NCBI RefSeq assembly: GCF_009914755.1
Contig: NC_060936.1
DNA length: 64,000 bases
Source of the DNA: the human T2T-CHM13v2.0 reference genome, Homo sapiens
Reading direction: 5' to 3' (one strand)
In this document: positions 39,598 to 56,490 of the stretch, piece after piece
How positions within the stretch are numbered: the first letter of the stretch is position 1
Layout of the letters: every line of letters begins with the position of its first letter
Position numbers and translations under genes: made by a program
The notes under the pieces: model-generated
Told to the model about the DNA's origin: nothing
What the model saw: only the letters and a program-made list of their open reading frames with translations
Database searches by the model: none

Positions 39598-41002
39598 TAG
39601 ATGTCATCATTAGCATCATCAACAGTCACTAAATGCCTGTTAGTGCTGTTTTGAGCTACTTCCTACTTTCACTAGAAAAGAAAGACATGATGCTTGCTGT
39701 GAAGGAATTTCTAATTTAAATGGCTTCTGAAACAGCACATGCTTGGTAAGGAAAGGATGAACCTTCACCATTCATCACTGCTAGGTTCCAGAGATAAAGA
39801 GATTAATAAGACTCCGTTTCTATCCACAAAGAGTTCAGTCTGGTGTGGGGGACACTCATGAATGGATGATTATTAGATAATGGGGAAATGTAGTGTTGGT
39901 TACACACAACTCCCAAAGCAATCAAATGCTGACAGATGAAGTGCATGCTTATTCAAGAAAAAGCAATCTGTTTATATATCTATTTCTTGCCTCATTATTT
40001 ATCCCTAAACATGTTTTAAGATTAATAATGCATAAGGGAGAAAACTCTCGATGTCCTCTCCCTGAATTCCTCTTACTATTCCTAGTTTTAACCTTAGTCA
40101 GTGAGATTCCCCTGTTCAAATGCAAACAAAGCTTTTATAAAAGTGTGAAGAATGGAACTGTGGTTTCTACAAGCTGTTAAGTCAAAGAAGGCATGAATAA
40201 TTTAGACTCCACCAACTGCCAATGATCATGCATTCCAAAACTCTGGATCCCAGGAGCCAGTGATAGGCAGGACACCTGGGATACAGAATATGCTCAGGAG
40301 AGTGATTAATCTTTATTTCCTCTGTATTGTCAGCAATTATTGATGCAGGCTGCTCGCTGCCTGTCTAGATCTACAATACTCTTGGCTTGCCCTCTGGAGC
40401 CCCACGTGTTGCCAACGTTCCACTTGTTACTTCTTGTTGGACCTCCATGGCATGGCCAACTGCCTAACCTCCTACACCCCATCTGCACCATCCACCAAAG
40501 ACTATGCTTTGCCTATCAGATTAGCCTTTTTCCTCTCTCCTGCAATAGAATCTGCCTTCAAGTGCCTGCTCTGCTAACAGAAAATCAGAGTTTTGTTATT
40601 CTAGTATAAAAGCAGGATTCTGTAGAGAAGTCAAAGCAAAAGAGAGTCAAGCTAATCACATACAGTGGCCTAGGATGTGGAATGTGGCACCCTAATCAAT
40701 TCCAGAGGGTTCTGGATTTCATAAAGGAGCTTCAATCCTAAGTGAATCCAGTCCCTCCGTAGCCATAACACTAATACGTCTCTCTCCTAGGCAATAGCAT
40801 ACTGGTGTTTAAGGGGCCTCTAAGAGTCACTCTCAGTTTCATAAGGAGAAAGAGTGGTCGAAGGAATTGGCAAGTTCACAAATTGCCTACAGTGAGTTTA
40901 AAAACAAAACCATTATCGGCTGGCTGAAGGATTGCTTGTTGTCAGCCTATGCAGTCAGCATCATGCTCAATAAATGTTAATTTCCTTTCCTAAATTAAAA
41001 TC

Positions 41003-41380
41003 CTAGCTACTCAGGAGGCTGAGGCACGAGAATCACTTGAACCGGGGAGGCAGAGGTTGCAGTGGGCCAAGACCCAGCCTGGGTGACAGAACTAGACTCT
41101 GTCACAGAAAAAAAAAAAAAAAACTTAATATGGGCTGGGTGTGGTGGCTCATGCCTATCATCCCAGCACTTTGGGAGGCTGAGGTGGGAAGATCACTTGA
41201 GACCAGGAGTTTTGAGACCAGCCTGGGTAAGACAGTGAGACTCCATCTCTAAAATAAATCAATCAATAAATAAATAAAACAAAATTTAACATGCAGGGCT
41301 TTGGGAAGCTGAAGTGGGATGATCACTTGAGCCCAGGAGTTCGAGGGCATCCTGAGCAACATAGCAAGACTCCATCTCTA
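41003..41380 (+). mobile_element. Alu right-arm fragment plus atypical Alu (41133-41380)
   Basis: Alu motifs; TSD AAAAACTTAATATG at 41119-41132 / 41387-41400. Confidence 0.8.
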
Positions 41381-41431
41381 TTTCTTAAAAACTTAATATG
41401 TAAATTATATGCTTTAAAAATTGGTATTTTC

Positions 41432-41991
41432 CCATTTGACCCAGCCATCCCATTACTGGGTATATACCCAAAGGATTATAAATCATGCTGCTATCAAGAC
41501 ACATGCACACGTATGTTTATTGCGGCACTATTCACAATAGCAAAGACTTGGAACCAACCCAAATGTCCAACAACGATAGAATGGATTAAGAAAATGTGGC
41601 ACATATACACCATGGAATACTATGCAGCCATAAAAAATGATGAGTTCATGTCCTTTGTAGGGAGATGGATAAAACTGGAAACCATCATTCTCAGCAAACT
41701 ATCGCAAGGACAAAAAAACCAAACACCGCATGTTCTCACTCATAGGTGGGAACTGAACAATGAGAACACATGGACACAGGAAGGGGAACATTACACTCCA
41801 GGGACTGTTGTGGGGTGGGGGGAGGGGGGAAGGATAGCATTAGGAGATACACCTAATGCTAAATGATGAGTTAATGGGTGCAGCACACCAACATGGCACA
41901 TGTATACATATGTAACTAACCTGCACATTGTGCACATGTACCCTAAAACTTAAAGTATGATAATAATAAAATGAAAAAAATAAAATAAAAT
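41432..41991 (+). mobile_element. 5'-truncated L1PA (PA4/5-like)
   Basis: Peptide PFDPAIPLLGIYPKDYKSCC, 3'UTR with polyA, TSD AAAAA..GGTATTTTC. Confidence 0.93.
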
Positions 41992-42096
41992 AAAAACGGG
42001 TATTTTCGAGAGGTTGAGACCACAGTGAGCCATGACTGCGCCACTATACTTCAGCTTGGGTGACAGAACAAGACCCTTTATCAAATAAATAAATAA

Positions 42097-42776
<680 letters not shown>

Positions 42777-43455
42777 TAACTACTAATAGTAAGAAAATTA
42801 ATTATGGAATTTATAGTATATGTAGAAGTAAATTAAAAATATGATGTAAAATATATAATAACAGTAGCACAAAGAAAAGAAAGACAGTAAAGTAAATACA
42901 CTTCTCTAACATTTTTATACCATATGTACAATGGTATAATATTTGAAAATAGACTGAAAAGTGAAAATATTTGTGTGTGTGTATATATATACGTATATAT
43001 ACAGTATGTCCTAGAGCAATCACCTTTAAAAAAAAAAAGGGCTGTAAGCCTAGTGAAGATAAAATGAAATCAGAAAAAAAAAATACTCAATCCAAAAGAA
43101 GTCAGGTAAAGACAAAAAGGAAAAATGAGCAGTTGAGACAAACAGAAAACAAACAGCAATATGGTGCATTTAAACATAACCATATAGATAATTACATTAA
43201 ATATAAATTGTTTAAACAATCAAAAAGTAGAGATTGTCAGACTGATTTTTTAAAAAGACTCAACTACATACTGTCTACAAGAAGAAACTCACTTTATACA
43301 TAGACATAGAGGGTTAAAATAAGAAGAAAAAATCCAAAGAAAGCTAAAATGCCTATATTAATATTAGATTAAGTAGATTTTAGAACATGAAGTATTAGTA
43401 GGGATAAAAAGAAATACTTCTTAAAGATAAAGAAGCCAATTCATTAAGAAAAGAT

Positions 43456-43730
43456 GGCTGGGTGCAGTGGCTCATGCCTGTAACCAGCACTTTGGGAGGC
43501 TGAGGTGGGCAGATTGCTTGAGATCAGGAGCTGGGTAACATAGTGAAACCTCGTCTCTACAAAAAGTACAAAAATTTGCCAGGCATGATGGTGCATGCCT
43601 GTGTCCCAGCTACTCAGGAGGCTGAAGTGGGAGAATCGCTTGAGCCTGGGAGTTGGAGGTTACAGTGAGCTGAGATCACGCCACTGGACTTCAGTCTGGG
43701 CAACAGAGTGAGACTCTATCTCAAAAAACA
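43456..43730 (+). mobile_element. Alu (J/S, internally deleted)
   Basis: Alu dimer motifs. Confidence 0.9.
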
Positions 43731-43732
43731 AA

Positions 43733-45092
43733 TTATATGTATAATATATATACACACATATATGTGCCCACATGTATGTACATATTACATATATGTACAT
43801 ATATATACATAGGTGTATGTACATATATGTACATATATAATATATACATATTAGTATATACTAATATACACATATATAGTATATACTATATATAGTATAT
43901 ACTATATGTGCATATACTACATACGTACATATATGTACATATACTACATACGTACATATATGTACGTATACTACATGTGTACATATACTACATACGTACA
44001 TGTATGTACATATACTACATATGTACATGCATGTACATATACCACATATGTACATGCATGTACATATACTACATACGTACATATATGTACATACATGTAC
44101 ATATTACATACGTACATGTACGTACATATTGCGTGCGTGCATGTATGTACATACATGTGCATATTACATACATACGTATATGTACATACACTATACGTGT
44201 ACATATTATATATGTGCATACACTATACGTGTACATATTACATACGTACATATATGTGCGTACACTATACGTGTACATATTACATACGTACATATATGTA
44301 CATACGCTGTGTGTACATATTACATACGTACATATATGTACATATGCCATATGTGTATATACTATATATACATATGTACATATGCCATGTGTATATACTA
44401 TATATTACTATATATACATGTATGTACATATGCCATATGTGTGTATACTATATGTACTATATATGTACATATGCCATATGTGTGTATACTATACTATATA
44501 TGTACATATGCCATGCGTGTGTATACTGGATGTAGTATATATGTACATATGCCATGCGTGTGTATACTATATGTACTATATATGTACATATGTCATGCGT
44601 GTGTATACTATATGTACTATATATGTACATATGCCATGCGTGTGTATACTATATGTACTATATATGTACATATGCCATGTGTGTGTATACTATATGTACT
44701 ATATATGTACATATGCCGTGTGTGTATACTATATATGTATGTACATATATGTGTAGACTATATATGTATGTACATATATGTGTATACTATATATACACAT
44801 AGTATATAGTATATATACATAGTATATATGTATATATAGTATATATGTATATAGTATATACATATATGTACATATTGTATATACATATATGTACATATTG
44901 CATATACATATATGTACATATATGTATACACTATATACATATATGTACATATATGTGTACATTATATACATATATGTACATATATGTATACACTATATAC
45001 ATATATGTACATATATGTATATATTATACATATAATTTTTATGACCATATAATTTTATGGTGCATATATATGTGTGTGTACATATATATATA
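43733..45092. repeat. Compound TA/CA-rich VNTR (~1.35 kb)
   Basis: Subarrays such as ATATACTACATACGTACATATATGTAC and the ~41-mer ATATGCCATGCGTGTGTATACTATATGTACTATATATGTAC. Confidence 0.95.
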
Positions 45093-45156
45093 ACTATTCT
45101 AAATATGTATCTACCTAATTACAGAGCCTGACTGATAAGAGAAACAGGAAAACCTA

Positions 45157-46946
45157 AATAGAAAGCCAAATCATGAGTGAACTCCCATTCACAAGTGCTA
45201 CTAAGAGAATAAAATACCTAGGAATGCAACTTACAAGGGATGTGAAGGACCTCTTCAAGGAGAACTACAAACCACTGCTCAAGGAAATAAGAGAGGATAC
45301 AAACAAATGGAAAAACATTCCATGCTCATGGATAGAAAGAATCAACACCGTGAAAATGGCCATACTGCCGAAAATAATTTATAGATTCCACGCTATCCCC
45401 ATCAAACTACCACTGACTTTCTTCACAGAATTGGAAAAAACTACTTTAAACTTCATATGGAACCAAAAAAGAGCCCACATAGCCAAGACAATCCTAGGCA
45501 AGAAGAGCAAAGCTGGAGGCATCACGCTACCTGACTTCAAACTACACTACAAGGCCACAGTAACCAAAACAGCATGGTACTGGTACCAAAACAGATATAT
45601 AGACCAATGGAACAGAACAGAGTCCTCAGAAATAACACCACACATCTACAACTATCTGATCTTTGAGAAACCTGACACACACAAGCAATGAAGAAAAGAT
45701 TCCCTATTTAATAAATGGTGTTGGGAAAATTGGCTAGCCATACGCAGAAAACTGAAACTGGACCCCTTCCTTACACCTTATACAAAAGTCAACTCAAGAT
45801 GGATCAAAGAGTTAAACGTAAGACCTAGGACCATAAAAATCCTAGAAGAAAACCTAGGCAATACCATTCAGGACACGGGCATGGACAAAGACTTCACGTT
45901 TAAAACACCGAAAGCAATGGCAACAAAAGCCAAAATTCACAAATAGGATCTACCTAAAGAGCTTCTGCACAGCAAAAGAAACTATCATCAGAATGAATAG
46001 GCAACCTACAGAATGGGAGAAAATTTTTGCAATCTATCCATCTGACAAAGGGCTAATATCCAGAATCTACAAAGAACTTACTTAAACAAATTTACAAGAA
46101 AAAAACAAACAGCCCCATCCAAAAGTGGGCAAAGTATATGAACAGACACTTCTCAAAAGAAGACATTTATGCAGCCAACAGACACGTGAAAAAATGCTCA
46201 TCATCACTGGTCATTAGAGAAATGCAAATCAAAACCACAATGAGATACCATCTCAGGTCAGTTAGAATGGCAATCATTAAAAAGTCAGGAAACAACAGAT
46301 GATGGAGAGGTTGTGGAAAAATAGGAATGCTTTTACACTGTTTGTGAGAATGTAAATTAGTTCAACCATTGTGAAAGACAGTGTGGTGATTCCTCAAGGA
46401 TCTAGAACTAGAAATACCATTTGACCCAGCAATCCTATTACTGGGCATAAACCCAAAGGATTATAAATCATTCTATGATAAAGACACATGCACACATATG
46501 TTTACTGCAGCACTATTCACAATAGCAAAGACTTGGAACCAATCTAAACATCCATCAATGATAGGCTGGATTAAGAAAATGTGGCACATACACACCATGG
46601 AATACTATGCAGCCATTAAAAAAGGATGAGTTCATGTCCTTTGCAGGGACATGGATGAAGCTGGAAACCATCATTCTCAGCAAACTATCACAAGATCAGA
46701 AAACCAAACACTGCGTGTTCTCACTTATAAGTGGGAGTTGAATAACGAGAACACACGGACACAGGGAGGGGAACATCACACACTGTGCCCTATCGGAGGG
46801 TGGGGGGCTAGGGGAGAGATAACGTTAGGAGAAATACCTAATGTAGGTGACGAGTTGATGGGTGCAGCAAACCACATGGCACGTGTATACCTATGTAACA
46901 AAACTGCACGTTCTGCACATGTAAGTCAGAACTTAAAGTATAATTT
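45157..46946 (+). mobile_element. 5'-truncated L1PA (PA7/8-like), degenerate ORF2
   Basis: [17 protein letters not shown]... ORF2 fragment with stops; TSD GAGAAA.AG.AAAACCTA (45139-45156 / 47419-47436). Confidence 0.93.
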
Positions 46947-46960
46947 AAAAAAAAGAGAGA

Positions 46961-47406
46961 TCCTTTGTAGGGACATGGATGAAATTGGAAACCATCATTC
47001 TCAGTAAACTATCGCAAGAACAAAAAACCAAACACCGCATATTCTCACTCATAGGTGGGAATTGAACAATGAGATCACATGGACACAGGAAGGGGAATAT
47101 CACACTCTGGGGACTGTGGTGGGGTTGGGGGAGGGGGGAGGGATAGCATTGGGAGATATACCTAATGCTAGATGACACATTAGTGGGTGCAGCGCACCAG
47201 CATGGCACATGTATACATATGTAACTAACCTGCACAATGTGCACATGTACCCTAAAACTTAGAGTATAATAAAAAAAAAAAAAAAAAAAAGAAACTGGAT
47301 ATAGCTGGATTTTAAATCAAAACCTGTGAATAAAATTAACAAATCGTGTTTTAACTTAAGCCAATTAAAAATAATATGTTAAAAAAAAAATAAAATAAAA
47401 TAAAAT
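46961..47406 (+). mobile_element. L1HS-Ta 3' fragment with 90-bp 3' transduction
   Basis: ACA at 47177-47179 and G at 47262 (Ta diagnostics), polyA, unique 47291-47380, second A tail, TSD AAAAAAAAGAGAGA (46947-46960 / 47407-47420). Confidence 0.92.
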
Positions 47407-47456
47407 AAAAAAAAGAGAGAGAAATAGAAAAACCTACAAACATATTGGAGATTTAA

Positions 47457-47805
<349 letters not shown>

Positions 47806-48518
47806 CCAAAGTTCCTCTTTTAGTAAGTGGTAGCACAGGTACACAGAAATAGATATAGAAGACTTAAGCAACACCATTGACCAAACTGACCTATTGCCTT
47901 CTATAGAACACAACACTCAACAACAGCAGAAAACACATTCCTTTCAAGTACACATGAAACATTCACCAAGATGGACTATATTTGGGGCTATAAAACAAAT
48001 TTCAATAAATGTAGTAGAATTTAAATCATAAACAGTATGTTCTTTGACCACAACTCAACTAATATCAATATTAAAATGACATCTAAAAAATCTCCAAATC
48101 TTTGGAAATTAACAATTCTAAATAATTCAGTAATCAAAGAACAAGTCACAAAAAAAAAACTGGAAAACATTTTGAATTTTAAAAAAATGAAAACAACATT
48201 TCAAAATTATAGGATACAGCTGAAACAGTCCTTAGAGAGAAAGGTATGTCATGTTAAATGCTTACATGAACAAAGAAGAAGGGTCTAAACTTTGATGATA
48301 AGAAACTAGAAAAAGAAGAGCAAATTAAACCCAAGGCAAACAGAAGAAATGAAATAATAAAAGTGTAGAAATCATTAAAATAGAAAACAGAAAAGCAACA
48401 CAGAAAATCAAAACCAAAAGCTAGGTTTTTTCAAATTTAATAAAATCTGTAGACCTCTATAGCCAGACTTAAGAGACAAAAAGAATTACACAATTTAACA
48501 AAGATCAAGAATAAAAGA

Positions 48519-48655
48519 GGCTGGGGGCAGTGGCTCTGTAATTCTAACACTTAGGGAGGTAGGGGTGGGAGGATAACTTGAGCCCAGGCATTCGAGACCT
48601 GCCCAGGCAATATAGCGAGAACCTGTTCTAAAAAATATTAAGAAAAAAAAAAAAG
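48519..48655 (+). mobile_element. FLAM monomer
   Basis: Single left-arm-like monomer with A tail. Confidence 0.8.
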
Positions 48656-49454
48656 GAATGAAGGAGGGAGACATCACTATAGATCCTAGAGATACAATAA
48701 AGAAACATTATGAATAACTTTATACCAATAAATTTAATAACCTACAAGAAATGGACAAATTCCTTTAAAAGCTAAAACTGCCAAATCTCATTCAAAAGGT
48801 AGATAACTTGAATATCATATACAAAAGATATTAAATTTATAGCTGCAAACATTCCCATAGAAAAATGTCTAGGCCCAGACGGTTTCAGTGGTGAAGGCTA
48901 TGAAACATTTGGATAAGAAATAATACAAATTCTACACACATTTACAGAGAGTAGAAGATGAAATTCCAGCTAATTTTATCAGGCCAACATTAATAGCAAG
49001 TCCAGACCAAGATATTACAAGAAAAGTACATATCATTATCTCTCATGAACACAGATGCTAAAATTCTTAAAAATATATTAACAAATCAAATCTGGCAACA
49101 TATAAAAAGAATAAACAAGTAAAGTTTCTCTTGGAATAGAGAATTTGCTCAATATTTGAAATCAGTCCATGTAAAAAGTAAAATCATATGATTATCTTAA
49201 GAGTTGCAGAAAAAGTATTTCATAAAATTCAATATGCCTTCATGATAAAAATTTTCAACAAGCTAAAAAAAATAGAATGAAGTTTTCTCAACCTGAAAAA
49301 GAAAACCTATAAAAAAAAGTATGCTAACATCACTTAAAGGTGAAAGACTGAATCCTTTCCCCCTAAGATCAGGAAGAACATCCATGCTCCCCACGCTTAT
49401 TTAACACCACTGGAGATTCTAGCTGGGGCAATAAGGCAAGAAAAAGAAGTACAT

Positions 49455-49867
<413 letters not shown>

Positions 49868-51064
49868 TTACAGGCTCTCAGAATAGTAGGCCAGTATACA
49901 TAAATTAATCGTGTGCTGGACAAAATGAAACTATGGTGCAAAAGCACTATTTTTAAAAAAAGAAAAAAAAAGCATTATAAGTTCTAGAAACTGGAAAAAT
50001 AGGGGAAAATCTTAAGAATTGAGAGGAGGGAAGAAAATATAAGTAATAAGGCTTAAGGAAGGAGAAAGACGGAGATCTTTGATCAATGAAACAACAGAGG
50101 ATCTGTTAATTTAATCTGGAGACGGACCTGATTGAGATCATACTAAAAAGTAAAATAGAAGCCATCAAGTCTGATTTGGAATAAACTCTCAGGAGATTCT
50201 TGCAATCAATTAGGCAAAAAAGATGCCAGCTTGGTCTCCAGCAAAGGAGAAGGAGAAAAGCAAACCATAATCAAGAGAGAGTTGGAAGATTAAATCAATT
50301 GGCTATTGACAAATGTGGAAGGGAAGAGAGAAGGGGGAGACCAGGGCTGCTCCCAGATATGGGGCTGCAGCAGGGAATGACAATGCCCTGCAGAGGAGCA
50401 GCTGTGCTGGCTTCAGTCTCTGACTCACAAAATACCCCAGGGAAAGAGCAGGTGTCATCTTTAGCTTCAACCATAAAGTGGCATGCGGTGCAGAGAGTGG
50501 CAGCCTGCCTGGGCCACTTTACCCTAAAATGTGGCACCCACTGGGTCCTCCACTTCAGCCACTGCCCCGGGCACTGGCATAATGGTCATTTACAACAATC
50601 ATTTCCCTTGCTCGCTTGCCTGGACACCTCCTGGGCCACAAAAGTGTGCCTCAAATTAGGCAACTGACATAATAGAGACAGTAGGACCTCTGTCTGAGTC
50701 GTGACCATTTTCTCTTCCCCTATCTTCTCTCAGGTTCGCTCTCTGAATTCTCCTGGGGGAGCTCCATCACCTATCAGCTTTTCTTTTTATGAAACTTGAA
50801 CATCTTAAGCTGAAATTAGCGACCCTTCCTGAATAGCAAAATGCAATCACCTTTACAGGACTCCAGATGTTTCAAATACAAAAAGCCATGGGCAGGAGTA
50901 ACGTTGCAATTCCATGCATGCCTCAAAAGGGATTCGCAGCCTAAGCATCCACAAGAGGGAGCTCTCTAGTACCTTTTCACTTTCTCAATAAAGATTTACA
51001 ATCACCTGCTGTGCACCAGGCTCTATGCTAGGAATTGGAGATACAATAATAAATAAAAATAAAA

Positions 51065-51825
51065 GGGCCAGCTGCAGTGGCTCATGCCTGTAATCCCAGT
51101 ACTTTGGGATGCTGAGGCGGGAAGATCACTTGAGCCCAGGAGTTCAAGGCTGTAGCAAGCTATGATTGTGCCACTGCACTCCAGCCTGGGTGACAGAGCA
51201 TAACTCTGTCTCTAAAAAAAAATATGTATTTATTTAGAGACGGGGTCTTACTCTGTCACCCAGGCTGGAATGCAGTGGCACAATCACAGCTCTTGGCAGC
51301 CTCAACTTCCCAGGCTCAGGTGTTCCTTCCACCTCCACCTCAGCCTCCCAAGCAGATGGTGCTACAGGTGCCCACCACCACACCCAGCTAATGTGTGTAT
51401 TTTTTGTAAAGACAGGGTTTCACCATGTTGCCCAGGCTGGTCTCAAACCCCTGGGCTCAAGTGATCCACCTGCCTTGGCCTCCCAACAAATTAAAATTAA
51501 AACTGAAAACATAAACACGGGAGCAGTGGTTCACGCTTGTAATCCCATTTTGGGAAGCCAAGGCAGGAGGAATGATTGAGTCCAGGAATTCGAGACCAGC
51601 CTGGGCAACATAGCGAGACCTCATCTCTACAAAAAAATTAAAAATAAATAAATTAGCCAGGTGTCATGGCATGTACCTGTCTTCGTTCTAGCTACTCAGG
51701 AGGCTGAGGTAGGAGGCTTGCTTGAGCACAGGTCAAGGCTGCAGTAAGCCATGTTCACACCACTGCACTCCAGCCTGGGCAACACAGTGAGACACTGTCT
51801 CAAAAAATATATAAAAAATAAATAA
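51065..51825. mobile_element. Alu cluster: monomer (+), AluJ (-), AluJ (+)
   Basis: 51065-51220 (+), 51236-51485 (-), 51518-51825 (+). Confidence 0.88.
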
Positions 51826-52216
51826 AAGATCCTGGCCTCATGGATCTTACATTTCTATGGGAGACACAATTAGTAAGTAAACAAGCGGCATAAAACATTG
51901 TGATAAAGTTATTTAAAAAAAAACCAGAATGATGAGATAGAAACTAACTAGAAGAGGACACTCATCAAGAAGGGCATCTCTGGGGAGGCAGCATTTAGGC
52001 TGAGACTTGAAGGGTGAGAATGAGCCTGCCTTGTGCTCAGTACAAGTGATGCAACAGAAATGATTATGCCATATATTTACAGCTCTACACGTTATTAGGG
52101 TGTGGTGTGGGATCCGTGGCAGAAGTGGTGCTGTTAGCATAACTCAATACACGAGGCTGTGCAAGGGAAGATAGTATTTTGAAAAACTACATTATGCGAC
52201 CTTCTCCCTAATTAAC

Positions 52217-52701
52217 TGTTAAGGAAAACTTATTCAGTGATACTAGTTAAAGCATGGCAAGGAAAACGTCATTCAGAACCATCACGATAGCTACAGGGAC
52301 CAGGGCAATGGGGTCTTGCAGTCAGGGAGAGACTGGGGCAACTCTGAATACAGCACAAGCAGGTGGGAATCATAATTGATGCCAACGAGCAGGGTGGATG
52401 TCAGTGGATGGAAAATTACTAAGAGGAAACATCAGGGGTGAGGGGGATTCTGGCTAAACCAACACAACAGGATTCTTGCTGAAGACAGGCCAGGGTGAAC
52501 AGGCATCGCGTTGGGGACGTGGGAGAGGAAAATTCTGATCAGATATCCAGGATGATCAGATACTGAGGATGAGGGGTTCTGGCTAAACTGACTTAGTAGT
52601 GTTCTTTGCTAAAACTGGATGTTGCAAGAAAGTGCATAGATGGGCTGAGCAGAAGATTTGGAAGCCTGACTAAACTTTGGCCAAGCAAAGAATCTTTGTC
52701 A
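52217..52701 (-). mobile_element. MER31-like ERV1 solo LTR
   Basis: Reverse complement begins TGACAAAGATTCTTTGCTTGGCCAAAGTTTAGTCAGGCT. Confidence 0.8.
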
Positions 52702-54789
52702 AAACCTAAAGTATCGTGGGAGAGAAGGAGGTGCAGATTGGATTGAGACTGTGAAAGAAGGAATGAGAAGAGCAGGAGTTATTATTCAACTTATAACATT
52801 CAAGAGATGGCGTAGCATAACAATAAACTAGATAACAGACACAATTGAGAGAGAAAGGATTCTCTACATTTTTAACTCACATTAAGTGTATCAAGAGCTA
52901 GTCCCGATGGACTATAGTAGATAGATTGGAAGTTAAAGAAACATCCGCCCTCTCCTGATGAAGGGGATTGTAGGACAGGAAGAAAGAGGAAGACAGGAGG
53001 TGGTCCCACAACGGGTTCCCAGTTTCCCGGAAGTAAGGCGGACAGGCTGAGGGGGAACACCGGGGACTGCAGGGAAATTGCTCCATTCCTTTTTTGGGAC
53101 TCTGGGAGGAGACATCTGCAGAGGGTATCCCTGCGCCAATATGGGTAAGAGAAGTTGGGCACCAGCATGACTTAGGGGCTCTGCTTCTCAAAACGCCCGT
53201 GGAACAGATTTTTTTGTTGTTCTTTTCCAATTACCCCTGATTCCCTAATAAAATACACTAAAAATGAGTCAATAGAAGAAGAAAATGAGGGAAAAAAAGG
53301 AATACAAGCTCAAGTTTTTTTATTAGATTCAATAGACATAAAATTCCTATCAACTTATTTTGAAAGTTTCAAACGATTCCACCAGACACTGTTGGAAGAT
53401 AGAACAGAGATTGAACTCAGCTTTTAAAAAGCAGGGGAGTCCCACAGAATGCCTGCCCCTTCCATGGTGGCTTTCTGGCACCCAGATATGTTAACTGGCC
53501 AAGCAGGTAATTTCTGTGTGTTATTATCTAAAAGTGTTTCTTTATGAAAACACTGGGTGGGACCACAGGGCAGTCTCGGGTGAGAGGAAAAAGGGACAAG
53601 AAGGTCAGACAGCCCCCAAGGAGAGTGGAATTGCTTTTCACACCAGAAAGAGCCTTGTATTCCTGCAGCCTCCCTAAATCATCCTGTGAGAATATGTTAT
53701 TAGCAGACACCTTCAGAATCCCCTGCTAGCATCCTAACAGTGCTCTTGCCAATAATCATTTGGCCACATGCATAGAGCCAGCAGCAAAGACTGGCTTTCA
53801 TTGTTTTATTCCTGGCAGTATATAGGCTTTCTGGCCTGAAGTAAGAGGAAGTAAGAAAGAAAAACATACATAATAAAATGGAGGAAGGTTCCAGCTCTCC
53901 CGGGCTTAGAAGGAGACCTGGTTCAATGCAACAGTATTTTACATTTAGCACTGTTACTTTGGGGGAAAGAAGAAATGAGACAAAAAAATGAAGAAGGTAG
54001 AGTGACATCAGGAAACCCTGGATAAAGCTAACCATTGCTACCTCCTTTCAGGGTGGCTGGTTCTCCTTGCTTCCTTTCTTTCTTTGCCACAAACACCAGG
54101 GTTCCAGAATTGTCCGCTTCTTCACAGGTACCACCACTTGGAATTTCCATATGTATCACGCTTGTCCGTAGAGGAAGACATAGCTGCCCCAAGAGATCCC
54201 CTTTCTATCTACACACAAACACAAGCAGCAGGGTCTTCGTGAATGTGAGAAACAAAGGGAAGGCAGCCGCAAAGATAATAGGTTCAAGGGATGCTGGTCT
54301 TGCTCAGCTGTTGCTGATTAATGGAGCTAGTGCACTCAATTAGAATAGGGTTCACCTGAGATTTGTCCCATCTCCAACTTTCCTCTGATAGAGCCTCCCT
54401 TCTATGTAAAAGGTAACCGTGTCTAGAGAGCCAATCAAGATAAAGTAATAGTGTCCTTTTTGTCCTACCTGGACCTGAGGACTTGTAGACTAGATAATTA
54501 CCAATCAAATAGGCCACTAAGAAGTCCAGAACTTAGTATCTCTGGCTTTATCATAATTGCCTGAACCTGCAGCTGTTTCCTATGCATCCTAGGCAGGGAT
54601 AACCTATAGTCTGAAGGAACTTGCCCTACTTTAAACTGCCCGCCAGTGCTCTTTGCAGAAAAAAAAAAAAAAAAAAATGGAGTTCAGGAAGTTGGGATAC
54701 AAATAAGAGTTTTGGAAAGGAAAAGACCAGTCCAGACAGAAAGGGCTGGACTGTTAATTGGCTGGCTAAATCAAAAGTCATCAGTATTT

Positions 54790-56490
<1,701 letters not shown>

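Noticed and set aside
43861-45093. ORFs up to 282 aa rich in Y/I/C/M/H/T
   Set aside because: Translation of the TA/CA VNTR.
45173-45691. 172-aa L1 ORF2 segment
   Set aside because: Part of a 5'-truncated L1 with downstream stops and frameshifts; non-autonomous.
52872-53230. Three overlapping minus-strand ORFs
   Set aside because: No recognisable homology; retained only as a possible non-coding exon.
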